A DNA stretch of 64,000 bases from Mayamaea pseudoterrestris (Eukaryota), in NCBI GenBank assembly GCA_027923505.1, contig BROI01000017.1, positions 434,001-498,000 of the forward strand, given 5' to 3'. Under the pieces are notes generated by a model that was not told where the DNA came from, searched no databases, and was given only the letters and a program-made list of their open reading frames with translations. Position 1 is the stretch's first letter. Each line of letters opens with the position of its first letter. The position numbers were made by a program, and so were the translations under genes. This document shows, one piece after another, positions 56,601 through 64,000 of this stretch.

Positions 56601-58075
56601 CTATGATGTTGGATAACTTTTTTCCAAGGCTGGGTGACTATCACCCCAATATCCACCAGCCTGGCTGCCATGGTGAGACTCGGCAGATCCAATAACTTGT
56701 TGGATCTGCCAGTGGTGCACCTCAACTGGTACACAGACCTCCAGAATGGCCTGCAGACCCAAGAATATCAAAACCAAAATACATATGATACAATTGGACC
56801 AATAGTCATGTCAATTGTGGTGTGGAACGCAGCATGGTGCCACGAAACTCCGCACATTCAACAAGTTGTTGAATGTGCTAGCAGTGCACCATGCTTTGGC
56901 TACAGGATCATCAGCCTTGCCTGCTAAGCCATCCAACCTGTTTCCTATGATGTTGGATGACATTTTGATCAAATGCTGGGGTGACTATCACCCCAATATC
57001 CACCAGCCTGGCTGCCATGGTGAGACTCGGCAGATCCAATAACTTGTTGGATCTGCCAGTGGTGCACCTCAGCTGGTACACAGACTCCAGAATGGCCTGC
57101 AGACCCAAAAATATTAAAACCTTAATATATATGATACAATTGGACCAATAGTCATGTCAATTGTGGTGTGGAACACTGCATTGTGCCACGAAACTCTGCA
57201 CATTCAACAAGTTGTTGAATGTGCTAGCAGTGCACCATGCTTTGGCTACAGGATCATCAGCCTTGCCTGCTGAGCCATCCACCTGTTTCCTATGATGTTG
57301 GATGACATTTTTTTAAGGCTGCGTGACTATCACCCCAATATCCACCAGCCTGGCTGCCATGGTGAGACTCGGCAGATCCAATAACTTGTTGGATCTGCCA
57401 GTGGTGCACCTCAACTGGTACACAGACAACCAGAATGGCCTGCAGACCAAAGAATATCAAAACCAAAATACATATGATACAATTGGACCAATAGTCATGC
57501 CAATTGTGGTGTGGAACGCAGCATGGTGCCATGAAACTCCGCACATTCAACAAGTTGTTGAATGTGCTAGCAGTGCACCATGCTTTGGCTACAGGATCAT
57601 CAGCCTTGCCTGTTAAGCCATCCAACCTTTTTCCTATGATGTTGGATGACTTTTTTTCCAAGGCTGGGTGACTATCACCCCAATATCCACCAGCCTGGCT
57701 GCCATGGTGAGACTCGGCAGATCCAATAACTTGTTGGATCTGCCAGTGGTGCACCTCAGCTGGTACACAGACCACCAGAATGGCCTGCAGACCCAAGAAT
57801 ATAAAACCCCAAATGCATATGATACAATTGGACCAATAGTCATGTCAATTGTGGTGTGGAACGCAGCATTGTGCCGCGAAACTCCGCGCATTCAACAAGT
57901 TGTTGAATGTGCCAGCAGTGCACCATGCTGTGGCTACAGGATCATCAGCCTTGCCTGCTAAGCCATCCAACCTGTTTCCTATGATGTTGTATGACATTTT
58001 TATCCAAGGCTGGGGTGCCTATCACCCCAATATCCACCAGCCTGGCTGCCATTGTGAGACTCGGCAGATCCAATA
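50625..58075. repeat. Satellite array B: about 21.5 tandem copies of a 345-347-bp unit (dimer of 178+169 bp)
   Basis: Identical ORF starts recur at 52135/52482, 53869/54216 and 55596/55943 (347 bp apart); multiple palindromes per unit. Confidence 0.96.
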
Positions 58076-60820
58076 TTGCTACTTCTCCAGGCTTAGTATA
58101 GTCCAATACCATGCCGAGGTAGTCGTGCACTTTTCCGCGTGACTTATTCATTGGAGTCTCCTTGCCAAACTCCTCATCCATCTGCGCGATGAACTCATCC
58201 ACTACGCTCACGTCGACGTGCGAAATCTTAAATCGTCCACGTGCCATCCGGTGATTTGCTTCCCATTGACAATCTTGTTGCACACACACGATCGTACGGT
58301 TCTTCTCGAAGCCCCACTCAAGCAATTTTGCGGACAACTTCTCCCAGAATAGTCGCGCTGCTCGAAGCGTACCATAAAGCGCCATGAGTAATTCAACATA
58401 CATGACTTTTCGCCATTCTCCATTGTGACGCAAGGCTCGTACATCTCGCGATCAATTTCCAACAGTAGCTCCACCATCTTCCCAGTGAAACGAACGTGCA
58501 CCAACTCATCCATTTCCGCTTGCATGAAAGCACCCGGTACATCAACCACAGCAACCTCGCGCCCTTCCATAGCGTCAATGATAGCTGTCAGAAAGATGGC
58601 CTCTGTCGCTATCGTTGGAGATTGCTGCGTCTTCCTTTGCAGTGTATACTGTTGTGCGTCCATCCGCGCATCCGCGTCCCTTCACAGTCCCGCATCTCTT
58701 GCGCTTGAGAAACATCAAATACGCCAGAGCGTCCTTGCGCTGCTGCCGGAGTCAGAGTGCATTGGGGGACTGCCTTCATGACGTGCCTGTCGTGTAGCTG
58801 CTGCATTTCCTTGCGCACTGCCTCCACTCCAGCATCGCCAAAAGCCTTTAAACCTTGTCGCATATTCATCTGTGCCGTGACGAGTGGCTCCGACACTTCC
58901 TCTGCAGCGTCGAGCGTGAACAAATGAGCGAACGAGCGAGGTTTGTGGCGCGCACGCAGGCCATACCGACCAGTGGCGTGGGCCATAGCGCGCATCGCAA
59001 TCCTCTTCGTCTGCAGCAGCTGGCACTCCTTCAATTTCGCCTTCATCGGGCACTCCTTCAATTTCGCCATCATCCACGGCTGGCGCGTCGTCAAGTTCGC
59101 CGTCAATGGCCTCACCACCTCGTCGTTCGGCACTCCTTCGATTGCGCCGTCAGCACCATCGTCGTCGTCGTCGTCGTCATCGGTCGCATTCACTCCTTCG
59201 CTTCCGCCGCAGAGTCGTCGTCACCGCGAGAAGCGTCGTCATCATAATCAGAGTCATCATCATCCTCGGCGTCATCTTCGTGCCACATGACTGGCTCAGC
59301 AGCCTCCGCAACACGGTGGCGGTCCATGAACACGATGCCCGGATTGGCCTTCTGTTGACGAAGCGAGACGATGCACGCGGGCCAATGACATCATCAGGCA
59401 TGGGCAAAGGCGTAGCGTGCCCACGATTCAGAACTTTGCCCGAAGACAAACTGAGGAAATAAAACCCACCCTGCACATTACCAGTCGGGCGCAGAGCCAG
59501 CGCACCGATCGTGCGCGCCTGCATGTCATTGCTGTGCGACTCATGCGTTTGCACATACTGACCAAATTCATACTTGCAATGCCGATTAAAGTCAACTGTC
59601 TGACCAGTCACAATAGTGCGTGGACTGAGATCCTTCGAAATGCCACGCTCGTTCGGAAACGCATTCAACCAAAACACGGCAGACTTCGTCATTTCGATAA
59701 CCAAGCGTGCCTTCACCGGCTTAAATGGCAACGTGTTGTATGTCGGGCGCACCCGTTCTTTCACGACACGGATAAAACGTTCAATTTCGCCAACGTGTTC
59801 ATCCTCAGATGTCGCATTGAGCGCCACTCCGAGATCAGCCAACGCGCCAAGCATTGAGCGAACTCCCATTCCTTCAGAGCCGCGACGACACGGAACCCAC
59901 CGCGTGCGTAAATCTTCAACACAGACTCGATTGCCTTCAACATAACCGGAAGCGTACGGTTTTGAATCACCTCAACCGTAGCAAAACGAATGCTGCGGGA
60001 GAACGTCACCAACATAGGGACTTTGTTGATATACATGATGTCAGCACAAAGAGTAACGTCTCGATAGCGACTCATGATAGCCGGTGGAAGCTGCTCAACA
60101 ATCGCAGGCTCACCAGATGCGACGCGCGACGCGTCGTCTTTCCTTTTAACGAGCCAACATCTGGTCCAAAGATGTGCTCAGCAGCCAGGATGTGGCCCGT
60201 CACAGGACAGTTCGGCAACTGATTGCTAGTAACGATGCGCAGGTAATCCTTGAGGCTTGGCCGTCCAATTTGATTTGCAGTTCCCTAGCTCTAACAGCGC
60301 GTAAATAGTCATCATTGGTGTAGTTAGTACGGTTATCGTCTACCGTAGTCAACATCGCTCCATCCTTGACATCGCTGCGCTTGCCCTTCGAAAAGCTCGC
60401 AAACATACAGCCCAGAGTCAGTCTCGACAAACTCGCGCTTACCATCCGGCTTCTCCACAACGAACATTGATCGATCCACGCCGTGCAGAGATACCCACGG
60501 TAAACTTTTGCGGACTTGGCGCCAAAACTCAAAATGTCGCCAGTCCCTGCGGATACCACCACACCGGACCATAGCCCTCCAGGTCGCCCATCATGTTCGT
60601 CCTTACTGTACCAGCGTTGCACTTGATCACCATCCACGTTGGCACCGGGCGAATGTTCGTCAGCATCTTGGCGTTGCAGAACAGATCCACTGTCGACTGA
60701 TTGTCCAAGAGCACAGCCTTCTTCGAGATGTTCACCTTCGGCGGCTGCGCGAACATGTATCCGACCTCATCGTCGTCATCGCTTTCTTCCTCGCTACCCA
60801 GCGTGAAGTGCTGCGCCCCA

Positions 60821-61999
60821 CTAGCCTCTGCAGCCGGCGCACTCTCCGTAGACTCCGTTCTCGTGAGGACAGTCTCGCTGCACATGACCAACCTGTTGAC
60901 AGGTCCAGCATCTGGGAGGGTCACGCGCTGTACCAGTCGTGTGAAACGCCACGCCCTCGTTCGTTGGCAACGTGGCTTCTCCATCCGCATGCTCACGACG
61001 CTGCATGATGTTGTATGCATCGTGGATCGTCAACGGGAAGTTGTCGTGCCCGTCGAGGTAGCAGTTGCGCAAGTGCTTGCAATACCCAGCGTATTCGCCC
61101 GTTGCGCCACGCACGAAAAGCATCGCAAGCTCGAGCTCTTCGGCGGCCTTGATATCCTCCTTGTTCGCCTTGTTACGATTGTCATCCTGTGCAGGGTGGA
61201 ACGCCACAAGCTCGTTGTGCATCGTGACGCCAACCGCCTTCTCCACGTCTGCCAGCGTGACCGTGCTTTCGTAATATTTCTGCAGACTTTCGCGCGCCCG
61301 AGTACGTCCGAACAACTCAGCTTGAATGTCCACGACTTGATCCACAAGTTTGCAGCGCCCTTCGTACGTATGCGAGATCTCCTTGATAATCGCCAGCAAC
61401 TTAATTCCGTCCGTGTCCTCCTCGGCGTCTCGGAACTTGGCGTGCGACTTGACACGATCCTTCATACGCTCCGTGCATTGTCCATGCAACACGGCGTAGA
61501 GACCAGCGAGGAAGTCGGAGTATACACGCACGCGCTCGACATGCTCTTTCTTGTCGGCCTTGTATTCCTCGAGCATTATGGACCAGTCCGAGTCCGTCGT
61601 GTCGGCATCCTTCGTTGGACGTGCAGGCTCGTCAGGAATCTCCAGTTCCACGTTGCGCATGCCCTTGAGCAGCTCCTTGGTATATTTCTTGTAGGAGCGC
61701 CCGACGAAAGTGATGATCTCGTTCGTCGTACGGATGAATCCATCGGGATCGCGCGAACCGTTATAGTCGTAGATGAATCCAGCGAGCGTCGGCTCGCTTC
61801 CTTGGAAATTTCCACTCGGCGCACGACTCGGTCCGTTGAGTCTGTTACCATTGCCTTGATTCCCGGAACGATTCCCAGCACGATTCCCACGACGATAATG
61901 ACGGTTGCGTCGGTTTCCTTCGCTTGCTGGCGGAGCGGGAGGTGCACCTCCACCGCTCGACGCCGCTCCTGTCGTCGGAGTATTGCTCGTCGAAGACAT
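60821..61999 (-). CDS. Copia gag ORF with a CCHC zinc knuckle
   Basis: 392-aa ORF with LHGQCTERMKDRV..DGIKLL, LRNCYLDGHDNFPLTI and a CX2CX4HX4C knuckle. Confidence 0.85.
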   Translation of the reverse strand: MSSTSNTPTTGAASSGGGAPPAPPASEGNRRNRHYRRGNRAGNRSGNQGNGNRLNGPSRAPSGNFQGSEPTLAGFIYDYNGSRDPDGFIRTTNEIITFVGRSYKKYTKELLKGMRNVELEIPDEPARPTKDADTTDSDWSIMLEEYKADKKEHVERVRVYSDFLAGLYAVLHGQCTERMKDRVKSHAKFRDAEEDTDGIKLLAIIKEISHTYEGRCKLVDQVVDIQAELFGRTRARESLQKYYESTVTLADVEKAVGVTMHNELVAFHPAQDDNRNKANKEDIKAAEELELAMLFVRGATGEYAGYCKHLRNCYLDGHDNFPLTIHDAYNIMQRREHADGEATLPTNEGVAFHTTGTARDPPRCWTCQQVGHVQRDCPHENGVYGECAGCRG

Positions 62000-62379
62000 G
62001 TCTTTTCACTCGCTTCTTGGAGAAAATGTTGGATCTAGAATATATCTTGCGCGCCCTTGAAGCGACACTAATGATTAAGCAGAACAGAGTCAATAAAACC
62101 ACTTTACTTATTTTCTCCAAGAAGTGATCGTCCTCGATCCACTCCTTCGGTTGCCGCTTACCGCGCTTACTTAAATGTGACCGTCTTCGTGACGTCACCG
62201 CTGCCGCTTCGGTTTGGGTTCTCATCCATGCTCAACACGTCGGATCGCTAGCGACGACAGACGATAGGCTATTTGCGACGCATTGGCCAGCTCGAAAAAA
62301 GCGGAAGAAGCATCCTCGCCATTGATCAAAATGTTTGGAAAGATGAGTGGTTCTATGTCGGAGTTGTGGGCCATAACGG

Positions 62380-62508
62380 TGATTGGAGATACTTGATTTG
62401 TCGTCGATGTAAACGAGCGAGTTGAATGATGGGCGGTGCATAATATATTATGGTCGACCGTCAATAAGAACAGTGTCGTTCCGGTATTTAGAGCATGCCG
62501 TTGAGACA
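62380..62508 (-). repeat. Candidate short 5' LTR (TGTCTC...AATCA), followed by a PBS-like sequence
   Basis: On the minus strand it starts TG (62508; alternatively 62515) and ends CA (62380). It contains the palindromic TATA-like CATAATATATTATG and is followed by CCGTTATGGCCCA. No second copy exists in the window to confirm it. Confidence 0.45.
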
Positions 62509-62685
62509 TATTACAACGAACTGTGGTGCGACCTACCGGTACGTTGACGGTAGCCTATCCTCTGTCCAAACTCACAGTCAAACCAAGCTGAGCAATCCTC
62601 AATTTACCTACTATAGGAAGCATCAGCATTGTTAGTGGTTACTTCAAAGTGAACCTTTCACTGGTAGGCAGGATGTGATTCAGCA

Positions 62686-64000
62686 CTGGTGACAAGTTGT
62701 CACCAAAGACATTGCCATCCCCTGAGACACCAGCCAAGCTTACCATCTTGTAGCGCAGCCTGAAAAAGGATGTTGGCACCATTCTGGTGTAATTTGGCAC
62801 CTACAGGGCCTGCTGTAGGGGCGTTTGAATGTCATGGCATCTGCGGGCTGAGACTGGTGACAAGTTGTCACCAAATATATTGCCATCCCCTGAGACACCA
62901 GCCAAGCTTACCATCTTGTAGCGCAGCCTATATAATGATGTTGGCACCATTCTGGTGTGATTTGGGCACCTACCGGGCTTGCTGTAGGTGTGTCTGAAAG
63001 TCATGGCATCTGCAGGCAGAGACTGGTGACAAGTTGTAGCAAATACCATGCAGTCCCCTGAGACACCATCTGAAGGCTGGGACTGGTGACAAGTTGTCAG
63101 CAAATACCATGCAGTCCCCTGAGACAAAGCCAGGCATACCATCTTGTAGCGCATCCCATTTAATGATGTGGCACCATTCTGGTGTCATTTGGGTGTATCC
63201 ATGGCCTGCTGTAGGGGCATTTGAATGTCAAGGCATCTGCAGGCTGAGACTGGTGACAAGTTGTCACCAAATACATTGCCGTCCCCTGAGACAAATGCCA
63301 GGCATACCATCTTGTTGTGTAGCCTCAATTATGATGTTGGCACCATTCTGGTGTCATTTGGGTGTATACATGGCCTGCTGTAGGAGCATTTGAATGTCAA
63401 GGCATCTGCGGGCTGAGACTGGTGACAAGTTGTCACCAAATACATTGCAATCCCATGAGACACCCGCCAAGCTTACCATCTTGTAGCGCAGCTAGAAACT
63501 GATGTTGGCACCATTCTGGGGTAAGTTTGGCACCTACAGGGCCTGCTGTAGGGGCGTTTGAATGTCATGGCATCTGCAGGCTGAGACTGGTGACAAGTTG
63601 TCACCAAATACATTGCCATCCCCTGAGACACCAGCCAAGCTTACCATCTTGTAGCGCAGCCTATAAAATGATGTTGGCACCATTCTGGTGTAATTTGGGC
63701 ACCTACAGGGCCTGCTGTAGGGGCATTTGAATGTCATGGCATCTGCGGGCTGAGACTGGTGACAAGTTGTCACCAAATACATTGCCATCCCCTGAGACAC
63801 CAGCCAAGCTTACCATGATGTAGCACAGCCGGAAAAATGATGTTGGCACCATTGTGGTGTAATTTGGGCACCTACAGGGCCTGCTGTAGGGGCGTTTGAA
63901 TGTCATGGCATCTGTCGGCTTAGACTGGTGACAAGTTGTCACCAAATACATTGCCATCCCCTGAGACACCAGCCAAGCTTACCATGTTGTAGCGCAGCCT
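62686..64000. repeat. Satellite array C: at least 7 copies of a 167-169-bp unit plus one 60-bp partial copy; runs off the window
   Basis: CTGGTGACAAG recurs at 62686, 62854, 63023, 63083, 63250, 63419, 63587, 63756 and 63925. Confidence 0.93.

Larger units (their letters stand above)
58076..62508 (-). mobile_element. Ty1/copia LTR retrotransposon of diatom CoDi type; 3'-truncated within RT (no RNase H or 3' LTR); frameshifted
   Basis: Domain order gag-PR-IN-RT. Gag knuckle CWTCQQVGHVQRDC; PR LLDNQST; IFGPDVGSLKGKTTR; IN LCADIMYI..EHVGEIERFIRVVKER; RT SPT..DVPGAFM..ALYGT..WHVDDL..HDYLGM. Confidence 0.92.

Noticed and set aside
50625..58075. CRISPR-like or integron-like array; repeated 75-97-aa ORFs
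   Set aside because: The sequence between palindromes is repeated, not unique spacers or cassettes. No cas or integrase gene of that type is present, and the 347-bp unit is not a multiple of 3.
60701..62038. 445-aa plus-strand ORF antisense to gag
   Set aside because: Shadow ORF from GC-rich codon usage of gag; no recognisable motifs.

Overview
Gene-dense eukaryotic nuclear DNA, almost certainly from a diatom and probably a pennate one. This rests on short GT-AG introns, bipartite ASAF-type plastid-targeting peptides, a DUF6824 gene and a CoDi-type Ty1/copia element. About 24 protein genes lie in two blocks (1-31.4 kb and 39.5-50.4 kb). They include AMT, UMP-CMP kinase, an Hsp70-like protein, MAP3K, PSTK, PSRP1/HPF, TVP38, a MYND protein, a GT23-like transferase, an S28 peptidase, a ROK fructokinase, RanGAP, an Mx-like dynamin, ATM1/ABCB7 and PET117. 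Three CpG-depleted, palindrome-rich satellite arrays interrupt the window, with units of 174 bp (about 31.9-38.7 kb), 347 bp (50.6-58.1 kb) and 169 bp (62.7 kb to the window end). The most striking observation is that the 347-bp unit is a dimer of two diverged monomers (178+169 bp) whose long palindromes differ by compensatory base-pair swaps, and the 169-bp family carries the same ACAAGTTGT palindrome core. All three arrays therefore have a roughly nucleosome-length basic period. A 3'-truncated copia element sits between the 347- and 169-bp arrays. Several proteins have unusual architectures: a kinase fused to a CaMKII-hub-like domain, a membrane-anchored NBD-only Hsp70, a ubiquitin-like domain ending GG plus a membrane tail, a tail-anchored ROK kinase and an Mx protein with a stalk insertion. 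All calls are by eye from motifs; no database search was run.
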